Source: Perna viridis | Taxonomy: Eukaryota | DNA length: 64,000 nt | Assembly: GCA_037379345.1 (NCBI GenBank) | Contig: CM074516.1 | Location: 29,797,626-29,861,625 of the forward strand | Reading direction: 5' to 3' | Shown here: positions 26,090 through 39,505 of the stretch, one piece after another | How the letters are laid out: each line of letters opens with the position of its first letter | Numbering within the stretch: the first letter of the stretch is position 1 | Notes under the pieces: generated by a model | What the model saw: the letters and a program-made list of their open reading frames with translations, nothing else | Told to the model about the DNA's origin: nothing | The model's database searches: none | Made by a program: the position numbers and the translations under genes

Positions 26090-29000
26090 CTTATTTGTCT
26101 AGAGAAACTACCATGAGATATATGTAGCATTCTTACAATTAACTGGACATTAGATGAACTGAGATAGTGCATATTTCATCAGTTATTATGGAAGCTGGTA
26201 CAGATACTATGTCAGATAACGAACGCAAAGTCACGTAAGTCATCCTGGGGAATTTAAATCAGAAAACCTGATACAAATGCATGCAAATTGTCCCCTGTAT
26301 GTGCATTTTGTAATGACAAGCATCCGTTAACTGTGAAAAGATCACTGACACAAAAGAGAGAAAAAAGTGTAAAAAAGACCGTCTTTTTCAATTGTCTTGG
26401 CCATCATATAATTTCAAACTGCAAATGAAAACAAACATGTGGAAAAACGTAAAAAACGCCACCATACTAGCCTGTATTACATATCTGAATAGAATAGCCA
26501 ACACAGCGAGAAAAACGTGAACATTAGCACTATTCAACGCAAGGCGGGTACGCATGAATCTATGGCACTATTCTTCATACAAAGACGCATACAAATGTTC
26601 TACTCAAAACTGCTGTAACACAAGTTAGCTCAGACACACAGTATATGAAAGCACAGAGGTCCTTTATTACCGAGGAGTTAACTTGAATAACTCGAATTAA
26701 AAAAAAGGTGGAACCAAGATCGTGAACTTGTCTGGATTTGGTGATACTAAACAAAGTATGAAGGTTCGACACCTGAAAACCGACACCATACACTTAATTA
26801 CGGATGATGGAAAGTTAAACTGAAAGTATTGATCGTTCCGGAAATCGCAGCGCCGACGAAAAAATACAACTACAAAACAGAAAATCTAAGACATTTAACT
26901 GGATTGATGTTAACGCATCTAATTACCCACAGAGACCCACATATTTTGATGTTAATTTGTTAATTGGAGCTGATTATTACTGACCCGTAGTCGAAGATAG
27001 AGTAAAAAGAGAAAATGGTCCAGAAGCCTGTAAATCAAAGGGCTGCTATATGTTGTCCGGTTGGTTGGCAGAGAAGTCAGTGCATGGAGCACAAACTACG
27101 TCAATGATGAACGTTCTAGTCATGCACAAAACAGAAGAAGTTGATCCTGAGAGGTTTGGAGAGAAGAAGCAGCAAGATATGAAATTAAATCAGTACATCT
27201 ATAGAGAGCAAAGTCCAAGAGCAGTATGAAGAATCGTATTTAAGTTACCATGATTACCGTTACTTTGCAAAGTTATCCTAGACTTGTAGCAAGTCTAAAG
27301 TTACCCTGGATAGAAGAAAAGCCGCCACTACCGGACAATAAACTGATTATGAATTGTGAACATAGTCAGAAGGTTCAGTCGAGAAGAAACTTTTCTGCAG
27401 AGTTATGAAGATACCATTGCCGATCAAGATCGAAGAAGCTTTTTTGAGAAAGTTGAGGAGAAGATTTCATAGGTTGAGAGATCACAAGTAAACTGACTAC
27501 ATACAGATTTAAGTCCGTCCAATTCGGAGCACCGTGCTCACCATTTATACTCCATGCCGTCATATACAAACATTTGAAAGAGAATGGAAACAATGGACGG
27601 AAACTATACACAAGGACTTGTATGTTGACAACGTAATTTCGAATTTTCAGAACAAGGAAGATTGGATCAAATTCTTTGATGATACCACGTTCCTCGCACG
27701 TTAAAGAAATCTACTGTGGTATTCTCCCGTAGTAGGAACCACAGGGCTCCGCCACAGGAGGCTAAATTGCCCGACCCTACCCACCTTTCCCTATTTCCAG
27801 TTGCAATCAAAATTTGTCGACCCCATTATCCTTGTGCCCCATCCCATTTTTCATTTCATCATTATTTCATGTTCATTTTATCATCCACTTCATGTTCACC
27901 GTCTGTATTTAGCGGAAATATTGCTACTCGGGCGTTAAACTCCAACAATCAATCAACCATTGATGCGTCATGTATTCCTTTTACAGAAACAGGCTTAACT
28001 TAAGCCCGTATGCATCCAACTATCAACCACTTAGAGAACATGCCACACAGGAAAACGTATTGGAGAAGAACAAAATCATCAATGTTCTAGGTTTGAGATG
28101 GGACTTTAAACGTGATATATTGATATTTGCGCAAAATTCAAATTCAACGACCTGCAACGTAACGAAACGACAAGTCTTACACAAATCATCTCAAATATTT
28201 GATCAGTTAAGGGTCATGAGGCCCGTTACAGTTAGGAGCAAGATCGTAATGCAGAGAATGTAGGAAAGCAAAGCAGATTGGGGCGTACTGTTACCATCAA
28301 AGATCGTAACAGAATGGACATAAAATAGGACATGACACAAATGAATGTACTCAACTTGAATTTCCGCGCTACTATTTCGACAAGTATTCAGAAAACAAAG
28401 GAACAAAACTGGATATCGTCACGGACGTAAGTATGAAAGCGTACGGCACTTGTGTGTATTTAGTACACGACAACCAAGCTACTTATAGAATGGCTAGAAA
28501 GAAAGTAGCGTCATGACAATCCCTTAACTTGAACTTAAGGTCGCAGTTTTAGGAGTCCGTTTGCTAACGCATCTAACGGAATATTTAGACTTTGAATACA
28601 TTGGAGCAACAGTCAGATAGTGTTAAGTTGGCTGAAGTCAGAGAAATATTATTCGTGAGGAACAGAGTCCCGAAAATCAAAGAAATCACCGCTGGATAGG
28701 AATGGAACTTTTGTCCGATGGAATCGAATCCCGCCTAACTACTTAACCGTGGAATGTCCACCGACAAATTTATGCATAATGAATTATAGATGCAATGTCA
28801 ATAATGGATCGTGGATGAATCAAAAACTCATGAATGGACAAACCCAAGAGAATTCTGCAGAAACCGAACAAGAAGGACAAAATCCGTGAAAAATCAACAC
28901 ACACAAGCAGAGCATATTCGTGGAATTAGCAACATCATAGACATTAGCCGATATTCGTCATTTCAAAAACTATTGCGTGTGACGTCTTACGTTTTGGGAT

Positions 29001-30260
29001 TCGTGAACAAATTAAAGAGAAAGGGAAAATGCTACAATGTTGAACTGACCGCTACTGAAATACAAGATGCGTCAATGGAATGTATATACAATACACAACA
29101 TAGAAATTACAAGGATGCATTTACAAATTTCCAAAAGAAAGCGACGACAAACAACTTAGTCAACCAACTGAAATTGTACGTCTATAGTAAATGACTTATC
29201 CACTGTGGAGGACTAATTGACAATACAAGGACTACAATATCAGCAAAGTTTCCAGTATTACTTCCACCGAAAGACAAACCCACACAGTTGATAATCACGA
29301 CCATTCATCGTAGACGTTTACACTCAGGGGTAGGAAGTACCGTTACTATCTTACTGGATTTCTACAATTAGACAAACTGTCAAAACGTTGTTGCATCGAT
29401 GTGTCATTTGCCGCAAAGTGATGGGTAGACTGTATCCTATTCCGGATCCTCTACCTCAACCAACTAGTAGACATGGTCAGTTTACGCCGTTTTCCGTACA
29501 AGGAGTAGATTTTAAGGGTGCTCTTAACATAAGATTCAAGTTGATCACTTGGCAGTTAAATTGTGAAAGACGTACCGCAGGAGTCGACCAAAAGTCATGA
29601 TCTTCGATAATGCTACCACATATGTTGCAGGATCTAAAGTTATTGAGAACCTGTCTAATGCACCATCAGTTCTACAGAATTTAAAACATTGTGGAACTAC
29701 GTGGAAATTCAACCCTAACAGAGCATTATGGTTTGACTGCTGATGGTAGCGCTTAATCGGCTTAACCAAGAACTGCATCCGAAAAGTCTAATACAGATCG
29801 CTACTCAGTTAAGAAGATCACCGAAATCGAGGCAGTGTTAAATGATCGACCTTTTACCTATGTGTCATCCTATCTGCTTGATGAGGAGCCTCTTACACCG
29901 TTAGACTTACTTAACGGGAGGAAGATTAAGACTATACCGTACTAGAACCCTATAGAACATAAAAGTACTACCGACGTTATACATACAGGATTCAATACAC
30001 TTTCGAAATGTCAAGCTAAAATAAAAAAAAAGAAGAGAGTACATAACATCACTCCAAGAATAGCAGAGAAACCTTGGGAGAAATACAAAGCTTTCACATC
30101 AGTGATGGCGTTCACATTTTTCCGATGATTTGAGTCGAATTCATTGGACGGTAGCTGAACTAAATCTGGATTCACGTCAATACCGATCAGCCGATTATAT
30201 CCATTGAAAGTGACTACACACTATGATCATTCTGAACGACTGGAGCCACGGACAGCCAAG
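26090..30260 (+). mobile_element. BEL/Pao element A relic (gag Zn knuckles, protease, RT, RNase H, integrase)
   Basis: CAFCNDKH, FNCLGHH, RHHTSL; VLLKTAV, AQRSFITEEL, LIGADYY; FGAPCSPFIL, LYVDNV; HSGV..CVIC, GVDFKG, DNATTYV, EIEAVLNDRP. Confidence 0.88.
27682..27959 (+). mobile_element. SINE (5'-truncated) inserted in BEL element A, right-arm copy
   Basis: TTGATG direct repeats at 27676-27681 and 27960-27965; ends GGCGTTAAACTCCAACAATCAATCAA. Confidence 0.65.
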
Positions 30261-30308
30261 TGTGCAGCAAAGGCAAATGTTAGCACTTAATGAACTTTTC
30301 AGTGTTAA

Positions 30309-30847
30309 TGTAAACAAAACATCGTATCTCCCGGAATTTTTCATCACATCGGCAAACAGCCGAAAACTTCCGAGTGAAGAAAAAATGAATGTTGATTACT
30401 TATAAAAGAAAATCGCGAATACATTTTGTATATTGATTTAAATGTGTTCTTGGCGTCTGTGTTAAAAAGATTTGATCTATAAATTAGTAATAGCTAACAA
30501 CAAACAATTCGTAGTTCAGTAATATGTGCTTTCGCTACCACTGAAAGATCGGCGGGAAAATGATGGATTTATCAATCTTTTCCTTAAGTGAATTAAGTCA
30601 TAAATGTATGAAAATTCTCCGAGTCACTGCAATTATTTCGTATACGCAATGGTGCTGTACGATTACCTTTAATTTAGTTATGTAATTAACTAATCAGATA
30701 CAGATAAATCACAATCACAAGTGGATGTACGTCGGCTAATATTGACTCACACCGTCGATTAATTTACAATAAACATTTAGGAGACAGGTAGACAGGATTT
30801 TGAAACACTAATAAAACCACACAGACTGTAATTTATAAGGGTTGACA
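30309..30847 (+). repeat. possible 3' LTR of BEL element A
   Basis: TGT...TGACA interval with AATAAA at ~30768 directly after the pol end; no second copy in window to confirm. Confidence 0.25.
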
Positions 30848-32187
30848 ATTTGTATGTCTCATATTGGAAAATGGCCGTCGGTCATTTGCAAAATTTGTTG
30901 GTCAATGACCGGCATCTGTTACCGTTTCTGGAACCTTGGTTTAGATGGTCCGTGCGAAACATTTTATTGTTACTTGAAATGAAATTACTTTTGCCCTTAG
31001 TTTTAGAATTTATTTATACTAACTTTGTCCCTGTGTTGTAAAGTATAAATCTGCATATATCGTGAGTTTATCTTTAAACCCGATGTAAACATGCATAATC
31101 AATATTTCATGGTTTCTCTTTTGATAATTATATCTCAATGATCTATTTGATTTCTGTTAATTAGTCTATAACAACGATGGGTTGGCTCGTAATACTTAAG
31201 GGCAGAACAATCAGCCTAAGCTTGCTATCAAGATGTTTAATACATAAACATAAACAAAGCATATCTAATTAAAGACACGACATGCATTATTATGTTTCTG
31301 TCCATGTGTGAGTCACTGTTAACTATAGATTCGGACTTGTGAAACGAATTAACTTTATCAACATTACAAATCAAACAGGAAGTAAATTAATTGGAATGAG
31401 CTATATAGACGCCATTTTAACGCTTTTTATAATTTTATTTGGATTTCAATCCAATCTACGCTCTCATTAGTATGTTGGACATCGTAATGACACATGATAA
31501 AAGGTGGGTTATGTAGAAAAAATATTGAAGCTTGCTTAACTTACACTACGCTTGTTCAAAGTTAGTATTTGCTTGCAATCAGTGTTTTATCTAAATTATA
31601 TTAAAGTGTGTTTGATTCGTATGAGTGTATGCTCGTCGTAGTTTGTGTGCCTAGCTTATCAATATTAATAATATTCAAATTGTTGTTTATAACAATGATT
31701 CCACTTTGAAAACAGATATTTTACGATAAATTTTGTATATAGTTAATCGTTAGGCATTGAACTCAAAATACCTTCCTACAGTAAGTCTACCCCACCCCCC
31801 ACCCCGGAAAAAAACATAAACAAGACAAAACAAAAATAAATCAAAACAACCAATGAAACAAACAAAATAATAATAAGATAACTATTTTAGTAGCAGTCTT
31901 TGTATGAATCATGCAAATTATGTAATATGTTATACACCTAAAAAATGATACATATTGTTATTTTTGTCATTAAGTTGCTTTATAGGTTTATATGATGAAA
32001 TGTATAATTATCAATTCCAATCTGTCTGCTCATAGGAGATAATCCACATTGAAAATCCAATAGTTTCTATTGTATTTTAGTGTCCTTTGCAGAGTTATCT
32101 CCATTTAGAATTTTACAGTACATTCTATATATTTTTTTTTAACTCCTAAGAACAACGTTTAATCGAAAAGAAACATACTTATACTCA

Positions 32188-32375
32188 TGGGTATTAATTT
32201 TCGTGGTTTATGGGAAAAGCACAAGTTCGTGAATTCTTGAATTCGTGGTTTTGATGATCTGTCATACATTTTAAAGTAAATAATCTCTTTTCGTTGGGAA
32301 TCGAAATTCCGGGTTTACCTTACCCACATAATCCGCGAAAATTGGTACCCAACGAACAATAGTACATTCACAGTA
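32188..32375. mobile_element. small MITE relic
   Basis: Repeated (A)ATTCGTGG motifs, inverted CGCGAAAATT and terminus CACAGTA. Confidence 0.5.
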
Positions 32376-33420
32376 TAACATTTTAAACAAAATATCAAAA
32401 AAATAAACATGTGTAGGCTTTCCAATCATGAATCACATTTTGCATGATTGTTATCTAGAGTCCTACACTGATTAAATGCGATTTGGTTGGCAAGTAACGT
32501 ACCAATATATTGATTAGAAGTTTCCGTAAGTGATGAATCATCCACTAAATAATTATTTAAATATTAAAAAGGAAAAGAAACGATATAGTAATGACTTTTC
32601 ATGTACATTAATAAAAATTAAATGAGTGTGAAAACATGATTAGCTCTATGTCAATAGTTCCAAATATATTTTGCATATAATACACAAGTATGGACGCAGA
32701 CTGGTATTGCCCAAAGAGCAGATTTGAACACACATACGTCTTGTCTTTAATGTGTTTGCATTGTTTAGAAAACTCCTCCATTTATTGGTATCAATAATTG
32801 AATTATACACATGTTGATAAATATCCATTAACATATGTTACTAAATATCTACTAATATCAATAAATGGGGAATAAACTCCACAATGGCTTACCATAATCA
32901 TAAGACAAGCCATATACATATTACAAGGCTTCTTTATTGAAAGTGTATTTGCATTTCTCCTAGATTAACATAAACCAACAGTGCGGTATCTGTCAGTTAC
33001 ATGGATGACCTTATTTTTAAGATGGTTGGGGACATGACTCCAAATTAGATAGGTGCCTTCTTTTAGTAGTTAAAATATAACTTACATAAAAAAATCATAA
33101 CAATTGATCAACCACAACTAAAGTCATCGCACGAAAACCAAGTGAATACGGATGACGACGACACGAACATCGCTGTCAGCACCATACCAATACACGTATA
33201 ATTGCTATTTTTTTACGGTGACACTATTATATTGAATATGTACATATATTTTGGAAGAATCCGAGTTTGGACATACTCCATTTCTAATTCCCTAAGAAGC
33301 CTGTCAATTGCTCTTCCTTAAGGCCAAATGAGTAGTATGTGATTTGCTTAGAATTTACATCTATAAGTTCTTTGTTTTTACATTCGTCCTAGTTAAAACA
33401 GTTCTCTAGTAAAAGACAAT

Positions 33421-33790
33421 AGTAGTATACTATGAGTTTTAGAAGTCGTCTTTTTCAGGGGATTAAGGGGGATTAGCCCCAATGCGCATGACGTCACAAA
33501 CGGTGACCGTGGACCAGAAGTGACCGGTAGAGGGAGGGGACAGGAAGTTGATCTTGGGTATGACCGGAAGTGGACCTTGGATGACCGGAGGTGGACTTAT
33601 ATGGGGACCAATTAGGGGAACATCGGGACCCTCTAATCTTCGAAGGGGGTGGGTTCAGAGGGAGGAAACGACTTCCATAGGTATCCTCATTAAGTGTCCT
33701 AATTAGTGTCATTATATAGTATGATGTAAATAGGTAAGTATAAAAAAGGGAGAGGCGTATTATGACAAGAGTTATCTTTCTTTGTTTATA
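33421..33790 (+). mobile_element. possible Polinton/Maverick-type terminal repeat relic
   Basis: Begins AGTAGT (known Polinton terminus), followed by a GC-richer block with repeated GACCGGAAGTG-like motifs and TGACGTCA. No Polinton core genes or partner TIR seen. Confidence 0.3.
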
Positions 33791-33794
33791 TTGG

Positions 33795-34851
33795 TTTTTT
33801 TCAGCTCTCCTGTCCAAAGGCCAACTGAGCTTATGCCATCAGTTGGCGTCCGTCGTCGTCGTCGTCGTAGTGGAGAAGTTGAAAAAAATCTTCTCCTCTG
33901 AAACTACTAGACCGACAGGTTTTAAACTTGGCTTGATTGTTCCTTAGGGCGTTCTGCAAAAAATGTTTCTTGGGATTTTTGATCCATGAAAAAACATGGC
34001 CGCTGTTACTAAAAATAGAACATAGGAGTCAGATTGCAGTTTTTTGCAAATAACTCAAAAACCGTTGCCTTTAGCAAATTTCTGGCATGGGTAAAATTGT
34101 TCAGCATCATGAGATGGACCTATGCCAAAATTTTCAAAATGATTGGTCAATGATATAGGAGTTACGGCCCCTGAAACAGTTTTTTAGCATTTTTCGCATG
34201 TGCAACTTTGAAAATCTTCTGCTCAAAATCCAATGCACAGAATTCAATGAACTTTGGCATATATGTTTCTTAGGCTATCCCACACAAAATGACTGTTGGG
34301 ATTGTTGATTCATGAAAAAACGTTGCCGTTACTAAAATAGAACATATTGGTCAGATGGCAGTTTTTGCAAATAACTCAAAAACCGTTGCCTTTACAAAAT
34401 TTCTGGCATTGGGTAAAATTGTTAAGCATCATGAGAAGGACCTATGCTGAAATTTTCCAAACCATTCAGTGATTAATGTAGGAGTTATGACCCCTGATAC
34501 AGTTTTTTTTTGTCACATGTACAACTTTGAAAATCTTCTTCTCTAAAAGTATTTAAGATCATTGAATGAAAATAAGCATAATAGTTCTTTTTGTTCTCAA
34601 AATGACTGTTGTGATTTTTAATTCTTGAATAGATATGGCTGTCTATACTAAAAATGGAATTAAGCGGTCATAAGACAGGTTTTTGAAAAATTTTATTAAA
34701 AATGTTGCCTTTAGCCTAAATTCTGGTTCAAGTCATCAAAATGCTATGAAAGGCATTTCCTGTACTTGGCAATTTAGTTGATTTTAACTTAGCCAGTCTC
34801 ATTCCACAAGTTTTTCAAATAAGCAAATGGTTAACCAGGTGAGCCTCTAGT
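33795..34851 (+). mobile_element. non-autonomous Helentron-type (HINE/DINE-like) element
   Basis: T-run insertion site, subterminal IR AGCTCTCCTG / CAGGTGAGC, (GTC)n microsatellite, ~3 internal tandem units of ~320 bp (AAAATCTTCT at ~33885, ~34211, ~34530). Confidence 0.75.
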
Positions 34852-35064
34852 ATTTGTACATTTTCATTATCGTCAATTGTTTTTTTTTTTTATTATTTGT
34901 AAATTATCTGTAATTGCATTGTCTTTGTGTAATAATGCCAAATTGAAGGAGCACTTTGATTAGATTTTAATTTTTTGATTTGAATTTCTTTGTGTTCAAT
35001 GGATTGTAATTTGAATAGATGCCTCACATATAAGACAGATGTTTGAAACTTCCCATTTTACTGT

Positions 35065-38000
35065 TGATTTCAATAGCCCATGCATTGATTTTTAACCGTT
35101 TTTACTGTGCTTTATGAATACATTACAGGTGTAAGGACGTGTTGTTCAATGTTTACCTATTACAGACACACTCAACCTTTTCATCGATTTTATCTGTGTT
35201 ATGGGGCTCTATCGGATAAATATCTTTTTTCATATTTTCAATGTTTACTCGGTTTGACCCGTTATGGGGTTCTATAGGGTAAACCGTTGATTTGTTGATT
35301 TTTTTCTCGCCGTATTTTCATTCGTAGTTTGTTTCCTACGATTTTTTTTTGTTTGAGACTTGTTCATTGTTTTTCTTTTTTATTATAAGGAGATTGAACT
35401 TTTTACTGCTATAGTATATTTGCTTGTCGCGTACACCCAAACTTGCTTTGAACGTATATGAGGCTCTATCGGGTAAACAATTTTTTTTCATACCGTTGCG
35501 TGTACTAGATTTGACCCGTTATGAGGGTAAACCATTCAACTACGGAATATATTTTTTCTCTCCATTTTTTAATACAGCTACACGATCTTTGTTCCGAACT
35601 CCTCTCTATACAGTTCCATTTATAGGTGTCACACAATTTCTCACATTTATTGGCCATAGGCCTAACTCTAACCCTAGGCAAATACCGTGGCTTGACCCCA
35701 ACCCTTAACATAACCCAAGGCCTAACTCTACACATAATCATAAACGTAATCCTTACCATACACCTGACCATAGATCTAACGATTGACTCTAACAACTTTT
35801 TCACACTGAACCTTATCCGAAATTCTAACCCTAACCCTAGTTATTTGACCCGTAAGCTAACTTTCCAATTGTTTTGCTAACATTGATCCAAGTCATAAGC
35901 CCGAACCTAAATAATTAACGAGGCCTGACCCTAACCCAATAACAAATTCTAGGTCTGACTTTCATAAAGTCTAAGATCTAACATAGACCTAACTATAGAC
36001 TTAACCACAATCCTAGACAAACAGTAACATCTGACCCCTACTTTAAACATAACCCAATACCTAACTATACACATAACCATAAACTTAACCCTTACCATAC
36101 ACCTGACCGTAGATCTAACGGTTGACTCTAGCAACTTTTTTGATACTAGACCTTATCTGAAATTCAGACCCTAACCCTAGCTCTAACTTTATCATGACAG
36201 TATCTTTCACCTAAATATAAAATTTTTAACTATATTTCAAACACTAACCCTAAACATAACCCAGAACTGAAACAAGTACATGAATCTTACCATTACCCCA
36301 TATGTAACTCTAGATATAACTTAAATCAAAGGCCTCAAGCTAGACCATCAAGACTAATACCATACACAAGACCTAAGTCTAGATCTAACTTTAACCGAAA
36401 CTTATACTAGACATATCTCTAGACCTAATCCTAACCCTAACACTAATTTAACCATAACCATAGACAAACATCAACATGCAATAAAGCAATAAAGATTTAC
36501 AAGGTAGTTCCCTGTCGAGGGATTCATTTAGAAGAGGTCACCAGACGTGATGCCATACACGTGCAATGAACACAAGGATGTGCAAACTGTAAACAAAAGA
36601 ATGAACAGACAAAAGAAAGTGCGGCCCCAAAAAGCCCTCGTGGTAGACCAGCTGAAGGAAAGAAAAAAGCCAACCAGAAAACAGATGTGACACCTATAAA
36701 TGGAACTGTATAGAGAGGAGTTCGGAACAAAGATGGTGTAGCTGTATTAAGAACGTAAAACGTACAACGTCAGAATATCAAATACTAGTGGAAACCAAAG
36801 CGGAATATCGTACATCCTTGTATAACGACCTTAAGAAATCAAGAAAATTACAAAAGTTCGACTAGATGAATCATATTGATCTACGGTGCCAGAACCTGAT
36901 ATAGTGAGAGGATAGTTCATAAAAAAAGAGGAGCTATATGGGAAATACAATAAACACCACCAGTCATGTTACCGAGGAACGAAAGGAAGAGAAGGCTAAA
37001 TAGAGTGGAAAAAACAGCCTTGGCGCCAAACGACACTGGGACGGCAAGACTACTTATAGTAAAACAGAATCATCAGAAGATTGGATCGTGAAGTGTTATT
37101 TAAACAGGAAGAACACTTTATGGAACAGACGATTTAGCAGGACCCGGTTTTGAAAAACAGACGACACTTCGACGAATGAAACAATGAATATGAATTGTAA
37201 ATAAAATATACATGTAAAAGAAAAAAAAATCTTGTTGTGTAATAAAACTACTCTAAAGAAAGACCTCCTTACAAAACAGTGTAGCTCAAAACCGATAACA
37301 CCTATTAAAACTGTTAGCGACGGCATAACAAACATAGTTACTATCAGAGTCTCATAACACGGGTCAAAGTTTGAGTGTAAGTAACTTGAAAACATACTAT
37401 AGCAATAAAAAGTTCAATCTCCTTATAAAAAAAACCATCATACAATACTTAAACAAAAAAAGGGGGCGAAGGAAACAAACCACGAATGAAAATATGGATA
37501 GAACAAATATATTCCGTAGTTGAATGGTTTACCCCATAACGGGTCTAATCTAGTACATGCGACATGTAAACATTGAAAGTATGAAAAAGAAACCGCTTGC
37601 CCGATAGATCCTCATAACACGTTCAAAGGGTTTACGCGACATGCAAATATCGAAAATACTATAGCAGTAAAAAGTTCAATCTCCTTATAATAACAAAAGA
37701 AAATAATTAAACGAGCATACAAGTCTGAAACAAAAAAAGGGCGTAGAAAACAAAGTACGAATGAAAATATGAAGAGAAAAAAATCAACGAATCAATGGTT
37801 TACCCAAAACAACCCCATAACGGGTCAAATCAAGTACATGCGACATGTAAACATTGAAAGTATTAAAACGAAATAGGTTTACCCGATAGAGCCCCATAAC
37901 ACGGATAATATCGATGAAAAGGTTGAGTGGGTCTGTAATAGGTGATGAAATGGTCGACTATAAAAATATGAAATGAAAGGTAATACACCATTGAAAAGCT

Positions 38001-38218
38001 ATTAATGTTCCAAATGGAAATCTTACAATTGTCAGGATAATCATTAGTCAAAATTTCAAACTGAACACAAAAAAATATTAAACATAATTAAACAAAATAC
38101 AATGATAAAAATTTATTTCTTAGTGGTAAACATTGCACAACACGTCCTTACACCTGTAATGTATTCGTAAAGCACAATAAAAAGCGGTTAAAAATCAATA
38201 CATGGGCTATTGAAATCA
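35065..38218. repeat. foldback-like structure with nested inverted repeats around a telomere-like core
   Basis: 35065-35157 vs 38124-38218, 35157-35560 vs ~37340-37942, 35570-35633 vs 36686-36750 are inverted homologs; reiterated GACCCGTTATGGGG/CTATCGGGTAAA motif. Confidence 0.8.
35655..36460 (+). repeat. degenerate (CCCTAA/CCTAAC)-like hexamer-period array with higher-order ~340-bp duplication
   Basis: CTAACCCTAACCCTAG and similar; block 35690-35840 is repeated at 36030-36180. Confidence 0.7.
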
Positions 38219-38727
38219 GTTGAGAATTTGATGAAATTGTATACGAAGATTATACAATAAATGTAGATGTTCATAAATGAAGTAATAGACTCTAACATTA
38301 TTATACTTTTAAAAAGACTTCTTTTTGAGGCTTTAATGGTATTGATATATTTCAACACGTTTTAATGTAATGCGTAGTGAAGCATTATACCTTCGTTAAA
38401 TGAAACAAAAAAATCAAATGAAATGAGTTGCTTGCAAATGATGTTATCCTAATTTTACGTCTGCGACAAAGGGAACATTTCCATCTGACCATTTTTCAAT
38501 TTGTAAATATTTTCTCCAAACAAACGGAGCACTATCTGTAAGTTGCTGGTAAAGAAATCGTTTTAGTGCAAGATCATATAATCTCATTACAAGCATATGG
38601 CATGCCCATAATAAGGAAAATTCATAGTTCGTTTGAGACAACGTTTTTACATCTACAGTTTAACAGTTTCGAACACCTCCTATCTCGAACATAAAATATG
38701 CACCATCAGTGCAGTAATTTGAAGTAA

Positions 38728-38886
38728 NNNNNNNNNNNNNNNNNNNNNNNNNNNNNNNNNNNNNNNNNNNNNNNNNNNNNNNNNNNNNNNNNNNNNNNNN
38801 NNNNNNNNNNNNNNNNNNNNNNNNNNNNNNNNNNNNNNNNNNNNNNNNNNNNNNNNNNNNNNNNNNNNNNNNNNNNNNNNNNNNNN
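38728..38886. other. assembly gap (159 N)
   Basis: Run of N. Confidence 1.
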
Positions 38887-39505
38887 TTGTGTAACCTACT
38901 TCAGTATTAAAAAAAATGTTTTATTCATTCTAGACTCTTAACCTATCATACTTTTAAAAAATCGCGTTTTAACTTTGACCCCAAACATCGTCTGCTTAAA
39001 TACAAAGAAAGAAAAAAAAACACATAAAACCATACCCCCCCAAGAAAAAAAAAAGAACAAAAAAAAGAAAAAAAACAGTTATTCCATGACTTTTCTCACA
39101 TTATTAGTAAGGGAAATGAGGGTATGATTGAAAAAAGTCAGTTTATACCTCCTTCATTGTTTCAAAGTGGTGCATTTTACAAAAGATTCACTATTGTCGC
39201 CTATGGGAAATAAAAAAGTACCATTCTACTTTATTGACTGATCAATAATTACCCAAGCTTTCTTCCCTTTCTCAATGATGTTTTCATTAATGTTTTGACC
39301 ACACCGTAGTGTTAAACTCTTAACAAAATGTGGTTTTCCACGATGAAAAAAATTCAAAAACATTTCAACACTTTTCCTACTTTATGAGTTATATGGAAGT
39401 TGATGTATATATGGAAACGTAGTTGTTTACTAATATAAATTATTTATTTCTTTGTAGGTTTAAGTATTTTTAGAAGATAGAAATAATGACCGAAATGATT
39501 ACACA

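Larger units (their letters stand above)
19231..29113. repeat. second large inverted duplication, arms 19231-23188 and 24825-29113, spacer 23189-24824
   Basis: Mirrored ORF pairs: 19162-19533/28811-29194, 20341-20628/27716-28003, 21544-21762/26575-26793 (identical 72 aa), 22577-22843/25006-25437. Confidence 0.95.

Noticed and set aside
35424-36134. ORFs 35505-35804, 35626-35880, 35949-36134 as proteins
   Set aside because: By-products of the hexamer-period repeat (alternating V/R and L/T low complexity).
35655-36460. True telomere or chromosome-fusion site
   Set aside because: Highly degenerate, single orientation, no head-to-head TTAGGG/CCCTAA junction, embedded in a repeat element.
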